Source of the DNA: an uncultured virus (IMG/VR IMGVR_UViG_3300044701_001985)
Lineage: Duplodnaviria; Heunggongvirae; Uroviricota; Caudoviricetes
Length of the DNA: 64,000 nt
Virus record (IMG/VR): IMGVR_UViG_3300044701_001985
Reading direction: 5' to 3' (one strand)
Shown piece after piece: positions 53,239-64,000 of the stretch (position 1 is its first letter; the number at the start of each line of letters is the position of its first letter). Below the pieces are notes generated by a model. It saw nothing but the letters and a program-made list of their open reading frames with translations. It did no database searches and had not been told where the DNA came from. Both the position numbers and the translations under genes were made by a program.

Positions 53239-56200
53239 ATGGCTCTTACAAGACTTGATAATCTGTATTCAAGCAAAACTGGTAAATATCTCTATGTTTC
53301 TCCAGATGATTTCAATGCTACAGATGAGTTAGACAATAGAGGTAACTCTCCTTTACGTCCATTTAAGACAATTCAAAGAGCCTTTCTTGAAGTAGCCCGT
53401 TATTCTTATCTGCCAGGACAAGATAACGATAGATTTGACCAATTTAGCATCATGTTGATGCCTGGTGATCACTTTATTGATAACAGACCAGGACTTGTTG
53501 AAATTGACCGAGGAGAAAAGCAAAGATATTTTGACGCTAAAACTTTAATTATTTCTAATAGACAAGAAATTATTGATCGAGCTTTTGGCGAAATTGCTAT
53601 TCAATATGACGAAGCTGCTTGGGGAACTGATTGGGTAGTACCTGGAGATCCAATTGAAAGTCCTTTAAATAGAGGATTTGACTCATATCGTTTAATTCAA
53701 AAAAATCGTCAAGAAATTATCAGTGGAGCTTTTGCTCAAATTGCTATTACTCATCCTACATTTGTAAATCCAGATTCAGTTAAATGTCAACGTGATATTG
53801 GATTTTTTATTGATGCTGTATCTTTGGATGTATTGCTAGGTGGCGGTAATCGCTATACTCGTAAATTCCTTCAAAATTACTTCAATAATTCTGGAACTGC
53901 TTGGATTGATAATGGTCTTCAGGGAGAAGAAGCAGAGTCAATCACTGCTTTTAATAAAGCAAGAGATTTGATGAAATCTGCTGTAACCAATCAGCTAACT
54001 TATAAAGATTTAACGCTCAATGCAGATCCTCTTACAGGATCAAATACCAATGTAAATTCTTGTGCTGATATTCAAACTACAATTGACACTCTTACAGCAA
54101 TTGTAACTAGTATTATTAATACTGGTAATCTTGAAAATCTTCCTGTAGAAACAGTTGCTACCATCGGTACTGGGGAAGCTAAGTGTAAACGTGACATTGG
54201 TTACATTGTTGATGCTGTTGCTGCTGACCTCGCTAATGGCGGAAATGCTAATGTCGTTGCCGCATCTAAAGCATATTTCACAAAAGAAGGTCTTCCAATT
54301 TCTAATGGTCTTTTGGGCGAAGAAGCACAATCTGTGTTTGCTTTTAATGCTGCTCGTGATATGATGAAAAAAGCTGTAACCAATCAGCTTTATTCAAAAG
54401 ACTTAAATATTCTTGCTGGTCCAGCAACTTATGGCTCTGGTGGAGCAATTGTTCCAAATCTTCCATCAGGAAATGCTGCTACTTGTGTTGATGTACAATC
54501 AACAATTGATACTCTTGTTAGCATCATTACCACTGTAATTTCAGAAGGAGATATTACAAGTCTTTCTAGTATTCAAATTACTGGTGATATTCCAGTATTT
54601 AATTACAATAGAGCATTGGAAGAGTGGGAAGATAATTCTATTCTTGATCTTTCCAATCCAGATAACGTTCTTTACAAATTTAATGCTTCTACTGGTGGTG
54701 CTATTGTTCCCAGAGGTTGCTCTCTAATCGGCTATGACCTACGTAGAACTATTGTTAGACCTCTTTATGTCCCCGATCCTGCTGACGGCACTCAGGAAAG
54801 AACTTCGATCTTTAATCTAACTGGTGGTTGTTATATTTGGCAATTTACCATCAAGGACGGAGATTTATCAGAAAATTCTCCTCTTTATGATAGTAATGAT
54901 AGAGTTGGTAAAGTGTATTTCCAGAAAGGAAATAATACTCAATTAGCAGTACCTGAGTATTCACACCACAAGATCACCATCATGACGTATGCTGATCTAG
55001 ATGATCTAGATCTGTATTACAACAAAGTTGCTACTGCTTTTGCTTTATTCCAACCAACAATTGATGATGGTGACTTAGAGGCTCTACCACAAGAAAATAG
55101 AATTGTGGGTCCTCTTTCTGATACAAGAAGCATTGTAAACCTTAGACTTAAGCAGTCAACAAATCCATCTAAGACTATAATTGTAGCTACTACTAAAATT
55201 GCTCATGGATATTTTGTAAATCAGTATGTTGCTATTGTAGATAATGGTCTCAATGATTTATTAAATGGTACTTTCAAAGTAACTGCTGTTGATCAAGAAG
55301 ATCCCCGAGTATTTGAGTATGAAGTTGCTACTACCCCAGCAATTTTAGGTCTTGATATTAATGAAACTGGATACAGTAATTCCAGTACACCATCATTAAA
55401 TTTGAGTGCTAGATCACAGGCAGAAATTGACTCTGTAGAATCCGCTTCACCATACGTTTTTAACTGTTCTATTCGTTCCACCTGGGGTCAGTGTGGTATG
55501 TGGGCAGATGGATCTAAAGCAACTGGATTCAAGTCGATGGTTGTTGCCCAGTATACTGGTGTTTCTCTACAAAGAGATGATAGAGCATTTATTCGTTATG
55601 ACGAGTTCTCTAATACTTGGAATCAAGCATCATTAACAGACGCTTTTGCTACGATTCCTTACCATACCAAAGGTGATGCTTACTGGAAAGATGATTGGAG
55701 AAATTTCCACATCCGTGCTTCTGATGATTCTTTCATTCAGTGTGTTTCGGTATTTGCTGTAGGATTCTTTGATCACTTCTTGATGGAATCTGGCGGTGAT
55801 ATGTCTATCACCAACTCCAACTCTAACTTTGGTAACACTTCACTCCACGCTGTAGGATTTAAAGGATTCTCTTTCAACCAGGATAAAGGTGGTTACATTA
55901 CTGATATTATTCCTGTAAAAGAAGTTGATGATAGTGCCTTTAATGAAACGGAATTAAAGTATTATTCTATTGCTTTGCAGCCATCAAAAGATGTAACTAA
56001 TCAAACTAAACTATATTATGGTAGCGATGATTCATATAGTCCTTTTGATAGGCCATCAACATCAATTAGCGGTTATAGACTTGGTGCTAAAACAGACGAA
56101 AAAATATTTTTAAAGCTAAAATCTCCTTCAGGAACAACAGAGAATTATTTCTCTACTGTTACTCCTAATGGCTTTAAGAGATATACTGTAGCTTTAGAAA

Positions 56201-59200
56201 CTTTAAATCCCGATGGTATTTCAATTGATAACAGAGCACAGGATGCTTCAAATATTATTGAAACCAACAAAACATTTATTCAGCAAGAAGCTTATGGATA
56301 CATTCTTCAAAAGTATCCTGAACTTACTACCAAGACAACAATTAATATTTCTAAGTGTGAAAGAGATATCGGTTATTTTGTAGATGCTGTTGTTCAGGAT
56401 TTGAGACTTGGTGGTAATATTAACACCATTCAGGCTGCTGAAGGTTATTATATTGGTGGTCAGCTAGCTTATATTCCTAACGAACTTAACGAAACTATTG
56501 AAGCGTTAGATTACGTTAAGAATCTTTGTATAGCAGCGATGAGAAATTATGATTATCTCATCAGAAATTGTATTACTACCCAAGGATCTGCTATTGTAGA
56601 TATTGGTGATACTAGTGGTATTCTTGTTGGTATGAAAGTTACTCAATATGATTACACTATAGCTAATTTTACTAATGGTAAATTAAATCCTCTTGCTACC
56701 CCTGTTCAAATAAATCCAGTAATTCCTAATAATGTTTATGTTAAGAGAATTGTCGATTCAACTAGAATTGAATTAGGAAATATTGGAAGTAAATTAGATG
56801 AAGGATTGAGTGTACCTGCTAATTTAAATTCTTCTTCTGCTTATTTGTATTTTCAATTCCCCAAAACAGCTTCTATTATTGATAGTGATTCAAACTTACA
56901 AGGAACTTGGGCAGCTACTCCAGCCATCAAAGATGACACTCTAATTCAAGATGTAAGCACTTGGGGTCCTACTGAAGGAAATGGATATCCAGAGTGTTCA
57001 AATGTAGCTAATGCTATTCAAGAATATTTTGTAAATATTTTCTTAATTCTTAACCAAGGATTAACGCCATTGGGCGGCAGAGAAATCGATGCTTCTAATT
57101 TAATTCTTTCCAACAAAGAATTAATTGTACAAGAAGCAATTGATAGAATGCTTGGAGATAATTCTGGATTTAATTTATCCAGTTTTTACCCAGAATTTAT
57201 TAGTGATGTAAGACTTTTTGTTGACGCTATTGCTTACAATGTTAAATTTGGTGGAAATAATGATGTATATGATTTTTCTAGAGAATATGTACTTCAGCCA
57301 AATATTTTATCTGGAGAAAGACCTCAAGCTATTCAAGTTTATGTTGAAGTAAGAGATCTTGCTATTCAAGCAATGAAAAATCAAGTGATTACTATTGAAG
57401 GTGATCACAATTTATCTCAAGTAATAGATAACACTGTTATTGGTGATATTTCTGGTGAAGCTGGGGTATATGATCCAGCAAATGATTGTGCTGATGTTGC
57501 CAGCACAATTACAACATTTGCTGGTATTTTAACTCAAGCTATTGGAACTGATGCTGATCCTGGAGATTTGATAGGAATTAATAGAACTGAACCAGAATTT
57601 AATAATGTAACACGAGTTGAACCAGTTCTTGATACAGCTAATCTTGCTTCTAGATCAACTTTATTTACAGTAAATACTGGTGGTGGCACTTCTAATCCAC
57701 ATAAATTTGAAACTGGTACGGCAGTTCGTCTAGTACCCAAAGCGAGGGAAGGAACTAATCCAGACAAGAGAGTAATTAGACTTCCTAGAGGATTTGAAAC
57801 CAATACAATTTACTATGTAATTGCTCCTGGCAGAGCAACTTCTCCAGAAGATTATTCGGATGAAGTAAAATATCCAAATACTTTTGGATCAGATGAATCT
57901 ACTAAGATTATGCTTGCCAGAACTAAAGAAAACGCAGCTGCTGGCATTTACATCTATTCATCAGAAACTGATTCTATAGATCCTGATGTAGAAATTGAAC
58001 TTCAGCAATATGTATTAGATGATACATACGACTTACATCAATACCTATGTAACTTTGTTACTGGTCAAACTGATGTAATTCAAACAGACGTTCCTCATAT
58101 TTTTGATGTACCTTCTTCTTCGGATACAGTACATAAAGTATTCTTTAGAACTTTTGGTGATCCTAGCGAATCAGAACTACCTCAAATTACTAATGCTGGC
58201 ATTACTGAACCAATTGATACTACTACGTACTACTACGCTAGATTTGTAACTCCAAAAACATTTGCTCTATTTTATAGTTCTGCTGAAGCTATCGCTGGAA
58301 CACCTAGAATTATTTTTACTCCAGGTTTTGGTAAAAATTTCTACGTATTTTCTGATAAAAGAGAAAGCCCAGTTAAGTTTGATGCTGCTTTAGTTAATTC
58401 AGATACAACAACTGGTCAATGGTATATTAATACAAAAAATGAAATTAGCAATAATTTTAACATTATTAAAAGAATTCAAGAGCTTGGTGATACATTAAAA
58501 GATGCTAGAAGTAAAAATACTTTCTATAAGAGACTTAAAGACGGCAGAAACGCTCAGGATAGAATTTATCGTTTACGTTATGTAATTCCTGAGTATGCTC
58601 AAGGTGTTCGTGATCCTCTTAATGGATTTGTTCTCAAAGCAAGAACTGACGAAACTAGAAAACTTTTACCACAAAGAATTGTTCTTTCTCCCGTTGCTTC
58701 TGGATCACCTGATCTAGCTTATTTTGAAATTCAAGTACAACAACCAACTGGAGGAACAATTGCTCAGCAATTAGGTCTTCCTAAGAATGAACTAGATATT
58801 AATTTTGCTTATGATCCCTATAATATTAATCAAGTAAAAGTAGTTGATAGTGACAAAACCCAGAGTAAAGTATCGTTTAGCATTCAGTCTGCTCGTCAAG
58901 TAGAAGTAGAAGGTTCAAATTATCTTGAGCTAACTGTATTTGATTATGGTATTACTAACGATCAGTTAAGAAACGAGAAATTCACTACTGTTAAAATTAA
59001 TGCCCCTCAGGGTGGATCGTTTAGATTCAACACTTTAAGTAGTGTATCTAATAACAGAATTACTTGGTCTGGATTCTCCGCTGGTTCTGGTTATCTACAA
59101 GGTTATTTTAATGTTGAAGATACCGATGAACATTATTTAATTATCAAAAATATTGATGATAATAAGAGAATTGAATACAATTCATTGGTAGATACTGTGT

Positions 59201-62200
59201 TCACACAACCTGTTCTTGATAATGACGGGGAACCAGTATTTGATGGCAACGGCAATGCTGTTGTAATTTTTGCTACTTTAGAAGCTAAAGAAAATAGTGT
59301 AGGAAGCCCAAATAATACACTTAGTAAGTCTGATAGAAAAGATTATCTATACAGTATTAAGGATGCTAATGTATTAACAATGACTCCTGGTGATATTATC
59401 GAAGACGATGATAGCACCCAGTACAGAATTATTTCTGTTGAAGATGCTGGGGAGATCGAAGATTCATTCTATATTTTTGACATTGATGAAATTCAACGCC
59501 GTATTCCTAATCAACAAGCTGGTATTTACTATCTAACTTGTATTAAAGGAAATGTTTCTCCATATCCAACTGGTCCTGGTGTTGGTACAAACTTCAGAAA
59601 CTTTAAATTCAGCCAACCAATTTCTCAATTATATCCATTAGATTATAAGAATGATCCATTATGGTTCCAAGTAAGACCAGATGGTACGAGAGATACGTCA
59701 ATTACTGATGTTCCTGCTACAATTTGTGCTGCTGATAACTTTGTACATGGTCTTGTAACAACAAACGATTCAAAGAATAGTGAAACTAAAGAAGTTGTTT
59801 TAGATTTTATTAATAATCCAGCACTTGATAGATATGATTATGTTACAAATGCCATTACTGCTCAGTCTGGTAATGCTACTTCTGGATCTGAAGACAGATT
59901 AATTCCTATTTCAGGTGATTCTCCATATCCAACAGAAAATAGACTATATGTAGAACTTCGTCGTCCATCTATTGCTCGTTCTGGAAACCATACGTTTGAA
60001 TACTTAGGATTTGGTCCTGGTAACTACTCAACTGGCTTCCCACTACGTCAGGAAGTTGTTCTTTCAGATATTCAAGACTTCTATGCTCAGTCTAAGCGTG
60101 AAGATGGTGGTATTGTATTCTACACTGGTCTAAACTCTAACGGCGATCTTTATATTGGTAATAGAAAGATCAACGCTATCACTGGCGAAGAAACATTCCT
60201 TGAAAAAGCTGAGCTAGTTTCTTCTGATGATGAAGAGGGAGATCTCGGCGGTCTAGTAACTACATTTGAACTACCTGTAGTATTTGAGAGAGATATTACT
60301 GTAGATGGTGATGCCAATTTTAATAATCCAGTTACAATCAATGTAGAACCACAGGAGCCATTCGCTCTAACTGTAGTTTCTAACTTGAATTCTGCTGCTG
60401 GTGAAGATGTAACATTAGATAGTGCTACATTTGCTTTAAGTGACATTCCTTCTGAAGGCAATATTGTACTTAGCAAGAATAACATTTATTCTGCTATCTT
60501 TACTTTAAACCCAAGAGGAAATACTGCTTTAAGTGGTCAAAACTACAGCATTAGAACACATGTAGATCAAACAAACGGTAATGTTCCATCAAATTATACT
60601 CCAAATCAAGAATTAAATACTCTTGGATTAAATGTTGAATTTGGTTCTGTTTCTCCAATTCCAGGCGATATCCTTCTAAAAGGAAATCAAGTAGACAAAA
60701 CTGGATCTCTTGGTTGGATTTTCAGCAATTTCTACGATGAAGTAACTGAGAGTGTATTTACTGTTACTGCTCTTGGTTCTAATGTTGTTGAATTTACACT
60801 ACAAGTTGGTGTAACTAATGCTGATATTGGAATTGTCCAAGGTTCTAAATTAAAAATTACTGGATTTACTGGAAGATTTGCTAATTTAAATGGACTAAGA
60901 ACAGTTGGCACAGTTACAACTAATAAATTCCAAGTAACATCTCCATTTATTATTTCTACCAGTATTGATGATCCAACAATTATTCCAGCTGACTGGAAAA
61001 TTGAAATTTCTAGAAATTCTTGGAAAGAATTTGGAGTTCTAGGTGCCGAAACAATTAGAACAAATACTGATAACTATGGTGACTTTAAGCTAGGAATTAA
61101 CACTCTTTCTAGAGCAAAGCATGGTAGTGGTGGGGATCAATTAGAAGGATTTGTATCCGAAGCAGTTGATCCTAGAGCAAACTTAGACGTAGTTGGCAAT
61201 GCTTTCATTAGTGGTAGAACTCTAAGTACAACACCAAATAATTTTATTGATAACCCACTTCTAGCAAATAGAACATTTAATAAAGTTGATCATGCTTTCA
61301 TTGTAGGTTTTGACCCGAGAGTAAATACTCCAGACGACGAAGTTGTTCTTCGTGTTGCTTCAACAACTGCAGTAACTGCTTCAAATGTTGGTGGTAGAAT
61401 TGGTATTAACACTACACTAGCTGAATTAGATAGAAATTTTGTAGTCAAGGGTAATGCTAGAATTACAAATGATCTTAAATTAGAATCTAATTTGGCGATA
61501 AATGGTGGATCATTAACTACTACTAGCACAGCGTTTAATTTAATTGATACGGTTGCTACTTCTGTAAATGCTTTTAGTGTTGCTGAAGAGTTAAACATAG
61601 GTAATATTACAAATGAAGATCAGACAATTAACGTTGGTAATGTTTCTAATACTCAAGTAGTAAACGTTGGTAGATTTGCTCCAATTACAGAACTTTGGAT
61701 TCATAGTGGATCTACTAATTCCTTAATTGATATTGGTACAGTATCTGAAACAAATACTAACACCAGCATTATCAGAATGGGTGGTGCTTATGGAAAACTC
61801 AGTAACGTAGAAAGTTTATTTAATATTAAAAATAGATTCACTGAAATTGATGGTAATTTAACAATTGGTACATATAATCCTCCTGGCACTGGATTTTCTG
61901 AGTTCCAAGTTAATTCTAGAGAACTTGAGATGTTCAGTAGAAACGTTTCTACACTTGATTTTGCTACGTCTGTAACAAGATTAAAGATTGGTGGAGCTGG
62001 TGGTTTCACGACGATTAACAATACTCTTGTTGCTGAAAACGCCGCCGAAATTAAAGGTGATATTACATTAATTGGTGGTTTAAACGCTGGTGCTTTCACT
62101 GTAAGAAGAGGATCTTTTGGAACTCCTACTACATTACATTCCAGAGGAAATATTGATAATTTAAATGTCGATATTTTCAAAAAAGTTGAAATTGAAAGAA

Positions 62201-63753
62201 CCATTGATACTCAAGGTCTATCACTATGGGGCGGAAGTGAGTATCAAGTTAACCCAGCTAATCCAGAAGAATATTTCTTACCTATTGGGGAGGAAAGCTT
62301 CAATCAATTTGGTATTGGTGATTATGTCCTTATTGATCGTTCTCTCCAAGTAACAGGTCAAAATACTACAGCTTCTCCAGTTGGCGAACAATATAGCGAA
62401 CTTGTACAAGTTATTGAATTAACTAATTTAAATGATATTTCCGATCTGCCACTAAGAATTAAAGTCCGAAGAGCAAGAAATGCTCTTACTGGCGATCAGC
62501 TAATGGTTTCTGGACCAAATGTAGGATCTTCCACTGGAACTTATCGTTACCTAAGAACTGATCACCCAGATAATGCTGTTCTTGTTAAATATACTCTAGC
62601 AAATGATGTAAGTTTTATTAATGAAGAAAATGGATTGAATAATCCAGGTTCTGGAACTATACAGACAATTCAAACTGGTGTATTCAGCGGATCTGTAATT
62701 TCTGGCGATATTTTGAGATTTAGTGACGGAGAACTAGCTAATGTAAATGCTATCAACCAAACGACAAACCAGAAATTTGTTATCAATGATGGTGGTAATC
62801 CAGCAACTGAAGTATTTGTAGTAGATTCAACCACAGGCAATACTGACATTCTTGGAACTTTAAATGTTAATAAGACATTTACATTAATTGGATCAACAAC
62901 TACAAACCAAGAACGTTTAGTTATTACTAATGGAACCAGTCAAAGGTTTGCTGTTGATAGTGCTACTGGCAATACATGTATCTTTGGTGATCTTGGTATT
63001 GGTGGTGCTAACTGTGATAGATTTACTGTACAAGGTTCTACATCCAACACTACATTGAGAGGCGGTAATTTACTAATTACTGACAATAATCCTGTTGATG
63101 ATGGCGACGGCGGACTTGTATTTGGTCAGAAACTATTCTTACAGAATAGCACTGGAAACCTAACAATTTCTGGAACCCTATCTGTAGAAGGAACTGGCCT
63201 CAGCACATTCTCTGGCGATGTTAAGATTAACGGTGGCGATCTAACAGTCAACAAGATTGTTAGTGATGGTGATGGTGGAACTCTAGAGCAAAAACTATTT
63301 GAAATCGGCAACGATGGATCAATGGATTTTGCTGGAGTTACTGGATTCTTTACTCCATCTGGTGCCAGAAAGTGGGTATATGTCAGTGGTGGAGAAGATG
63401 TTATCGAGGCTGTATCTAATGTGAATTACTTCGTTGCTCCTAGTGCCGATACTATTGTCAAGCTTCCACAAAATCCAACAACAGGTGATATTATTAGAGT
63501 AGTTGATGTTGGTGGAAACCTAACATACAATATTTCCTTGAGATTTAGAGGACCAACTGGTGTTCGTGTACAGGGTGATAGTACAAATTCTGGACAAGGA
63601 CCTTCTATCGGTTCTACATATAATGGTGGTGAACTAGTAGTACAATCTCCAAATGCTGGTCTTGGGTTAGTATACGTTGGAGCATTAAATTATGATGGAA
63701 CTACTACTGGTGCTCCTCCTTCACAACAAGGTTGGTGGTTAATGGAAATCTAA
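53239..63753 (+). CDS. Giant virion structural protein (tail-fibre/baseplate-associated, 3504 aa)
   Basis: MALTRLDN...RPFKTIQRA N-terminus, repeated KCxRDIGYxVDA modules and a fibre-like C-terminus ending GWWLMEI; late promoter upstream. Confidence 0.8.
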   Translation: MALTRLDNLYSSKTGKYLYVSPDDFNATDELDNRGNSPLRPFKTIQRAFLEVARYSYLPGQDNDRFDQFSIMLMPGDHFIDNRPGLVEIDRGEKQRYFDAKTLIISNRQEIIDRAFGEIAIQYDEAAWGTDWVVPGDPIESPLNRGFDSYRLIQKNRQEIISGAFAQIAITHPTFVNPDSVKCQRDIGFFIDAVSLDVLLGGGNRYTRKFLQNYFNNSGTAWIDNGLQGEEAESITAFNKARDLMKSAVTNQLTYKDLTLNADPLTGSNTNVNSCADIQTTIDTLTAIVTSIINTGNLENLPVETVATIGTGEAKCKRDIGYIVDAVAADLANGGNANVVAASKAYFTKEGLPISNGLLGEEAQSVFAFNAARDMMKKAVTNQLYSKDLNILAGPATYGSGGAIVPNLPSGNAATCVDVQSTIDTLVSIITTVISEGDITSLSSIQITGDIPVFNYNRALEEWEDNSILDLSNPDNVLYKFNASTGGAIVPRGCSLIGYDLRRTIVRPLYVPDPADGTQERTSIFNLTGGCYIWQFTIKDGDLSENSPLYDSNDRVGKVYFQKGNNTQLAVPEYSHHKITIMTYADLDDLDLYYNKVATAFALFQPTIDDGDLEALPQENRIVGPLSDTRSIVNLRLKQSTNPSKTIIVATTKIAHGYFVNQYVAIVDNGLNDLLNGTFKVTAVDQEDPRVFEYEVATTPAILGLDINETGYSNSSTPSLNLSARSQAEIDSVESASPYVFNCSIRSTWGQCGMWADGSKATGFKSMVVAQYTGVSLQRDDRAFIRYDEFSNTWNQASLTDAFATIPYHTKGDAYWKDDWRNFHIRASDDSFIQCVSVFAVGFFDHFLMESGGDMSITNSNSNFGNTSLHAVGFKGFSFNQDKGGYITDIIPVKEVDDSAFNETELKYYSIALQPSKDVTNQTKLYYGSDDSYSPFDRPSTSISGYRLGAKTDEKIFLKLKSPSGTTENYFSTVTPNGFKRYTVALETLNPDGISIDNRAQDASNIIETNKTFIQQEAYGYILQKYPELTTKTTINISKCERDIGYFVDAVVQDLRLGGNINTIQAAEGYYIGGQLAYIPNELNETIEALDYVKNLCIAAMRNYDYLIRNCITTQGSAIVDIGDTSGILVGMKVTQYDYTIANFTNGKLNPLATPVQINPVIPNNVYVKRIVDSTRIELGNIGSKLDEGLSVPANLNSSSAYLYFQFPKTASIIDSDSNLQGTWAATPAIKDDTLIQDVSTWGPTEGNGYPECSNVANAIQEYFVNIFLILNQGLTPLGGREIDASNLILSNKELIVQEAIDRMLGDNSGFNLSSFYPEFISDVRLFVDAIAYNVKFGGNNDVYDFSREYVLQPNILSGERPQAIQVYVEVRDLAIQAMKNQVITIEGDHNLSQVIDNTVIGDISGEAGVYDPANDCADVASTITTFAGILTQAIGTDADPGDLIGINRTEPEFNNVTRVEPVLDTANLASRSTLFTVNTGGGTSNPHKFETGTAVRLVPKAREGTNPDKRVIRLPRGFETNTIYYVIAPGRATSPEDYSDEVKYPNTFGSDESTKIMLARTKENAAAGIYIYSSETDSIDPDVEIELQQYVLDDTYDLHQYLCNFVTGQTDVIQTDVPHIFDVPSSSDTVHKVFFRTFGDPSESELPQITNAGITEPIDTTTYYYARFVTPKTFALFYSSAEAIAGTPRIIFTPGFGKNFYVFSDKRESPVKFDAALVNSDTTTGQWYINTKNEISNNFNIIKRIQELGDTLKDARSKNTFYKRLKDGRNAQDRIYRLRYVIPEYAQGVRDPLNGFVLKARTDETRKLLPQRIVLSPVASGSPDLAYFEIQVQQPTGGTIAQQLGLPKNELDINFAYDPYNINQVKVVDSDKTQSKVSFSIQSARQVEVEGSNYLELTVFDYGITNDQLRNEKFTTVKINAPQGGSFRFNTLSSVSNNRITWSGFSAGSGYLQGYFNVEDTDEHYLIIKNIDDNKRIEYNSLVDTVFTQPVLDNDGEPVFDGNGNAVVIFATLEAKENSVGSPNNTLSKSDRKDYLYSIKDANVLTMTPGDIIEDDDSTQYRIISVEDAGEIEDSFYIFDIDEIQRRIPNQQAGIYYLTCIKGNVSPYPTGPGVGTNFRNFKFSQPISQLYPLDYKNDPLWFQVRPDGTRDTSITDVPATICAADNFVHGLVTTNDSKNSETKEVVLDFINNPALDRYDYVTNAITAQSGNATSGSEDRLIPISGDSPYPTENRLYVELRRPSIARSGNHTFEYLGFGPGNYSTGFPLRQEVVLSDIQDFYAQSKREDGGIVFYTGLNSNGDLYIGNRKINAITGEETFLEKAELVSSDDEEGDLGGLVTTFELPVVFERDITVDGDANFNNPVTINVEPQEPFALTVVSNLNSAAGEDVTLDSATFALSDIPSEGNIVLSKNNIYSAIFTLNPRGNTALSGQNYSIRTHVDQTNGNVPSNYTPNQELNTLGLNVEFGSVSPIPGDILLKGNQVDKTGSLGWIFSNFYDEVTESVFTVTALGSNVVEFTLQVGVTNADIGIVQGSKLKITGFTGRFANLNGLRTVGTVTTNKFQVTSPFIISTSIDDPTIIPADWKIEISRNSWKEFGVLGAETIRTNTDNYGDFKLGINTLSRAKHGSGGDQLEGFVSEAVDPRANLDVVGNAFISGRTLSTTPNNFIDNPLLANRTFNKVDHAFIVGFDPRVNTPDDEVVLRVASTTAVTASNVGGRIGINTTLAELDRNFVVKGNARITNDLKLESNLAINGGSLTTTSTAFNLIDTVATSVNAFSVAEELNIGNITNEDQTINVGNVSNTQVVNVGRFAPITELWIHSGSTNSLIDIGTVSETNTNTSIIRMGGAYGKLSNVESLFNIKNRFTEIDGNLTIGTYNPPGTGFSEFQVNSRELEMFSRNVSTLDFATSVTRLKIGGAGGFTTINNTLVAENAAEIKGDITLIGGLNAGAFTVRRGSFGTPTTLHSRGNIDNLNVDIFKKVEIERTIDTQGLSLWGGSEYQVNPANPEEYFLPIGEESFNQFGIGDYVLIDRSLQVTGQNTTASPVGEQYSELVQVIELTNLNDISDLPLRIKVRRARNALTGDQLMVSGPNVGSSTGTYRYLRTDHPDNAVLVKYTLANDVSFINEENGLNNPGSGTIQTIQTGVFSGSVISGDILRFSDGELANVNAINQTTNQKFVINDGGNPATEVFVVDSTTGNTDILGTLNVNKTFTLIGSTTTNQERLVITNGTSQRFAVDSATGNTCIFGDLGIGGANCDRFTVQGSTSNTTLRGGNLLITDNNPVDDGDGGLVFGQKLFLQNSTGNLTISGTLSVEGTGLSTFSGDVKINGGDLTVNKIVSDGDGGTLEQKLFEIGNDGSMDFAGVTGFFTPSGARKWVYVSGGEDVIEAVSNVNYFVAPSADTIVKLPQNPTTGDIIRVVDVGGNLTYNISLRFRGPTGVRVQGDSTNSGQGPSIGSTYNGGELVVQSPNAGLGLVYVGALNYDGTTTGAPPSQQGWWLMEI

Positions 63754-63754
63754 A

Positions 63755-64000
63755 ATGCCAAGAAATTACAACGCTGTAAGAACACAAAAGGCATTACCGA
63801 TTGGTTCGGTAATGCCTTGGACTGGCCAATTAACAAGAATACCTAAAGGGTGGCTATTATGTAATGGAGCTGAATTAAGAGCTGATGAATATCCTCTATT
63901 AGCTAGAATTTTAAAAGACAGTTACGGTGGTACTGGATTTGATGGATCATTTCCAGATTATGAAGGCACTTTCAGATTGCCGATTGTTAATCAAAAAACT
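63755..64000 (+). CDS. Tail-collar-domain protein (truncated by the window edge)
   Basis: LPIGSVMPWTG..IPKGWLLCNGAEL...YPLLA...YGG....FRLP. Confidence 0.85.
   Translation, partial: MPRNYNAVRTQKALPIGSVMPWTGQLTRIPKGWLLCNGAELRADEYPLLARILKDSYGGTGFDGSFPDYEGTFRLPIVNQKT

Noticed and set aside
53015..53258. ORFs 53046-53258 (+) and 53015-53215 (-)
   Set aside because: They overlap tRNA-Asn and a terminator.
1..64000. Stop-codon reassignment or alternative genetic code
   Set aside because: Core genes are full-length under the standard code, all three stops terminate genes, and no suppressor anticodon is present.

Overview
This is a 64-kb, AT-rich segment of a T4-like cyanomyovirus. The inference rests on T4 core genes (rnh, gp33, gp32, gp53, gp48, gp2, gp4, gp26, gp5), TATAAATA late promoters, and cyanobacterial auxiliary genes (psbA, two hli, petF, cpcT/cpeT-like, phoH, speD, peroxiredoxin, SLH porin). 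From left to right: a ~9-kb glycosylation cluster; an outer-membrane, photosynthesis and lysis accessory region; psbA with a PhotoRC-II-like leader and an adjacent HNH gene; a replication/transcription block containing a tandem glutamine-riboswitch/NtcA-box module in front of two unannotated peptides; the baseplate/tail module; a tRNA cluster with two free-standing endonucleases and a tRNA-like RNA; and a 3504-aa virion protein followed by a truncated tail-collar gene. The most notable observations are (1) a textbook -1 ribosomal frameshift signal joining gp26 to an ATG-less gp51-like ORF just before tape-measure-like genes, as in lambda G/GT; (2) a phage nitrogen-sensing cassette resembling host gifB control; (3) a nucleotidase + purine nucleoside phosphorylase + nucleotidyltransferase trio inside the glycosyltransferase cluster that could make an NDP-(deoxy)ribose donor; (4) a CCA-ended tRNA mimic with a collapsed anticodon arm; and (5) sigma70 promoters repeatedly embedded in inverted repeats. 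All calls come from reading motifs by eye; no database searches were run.
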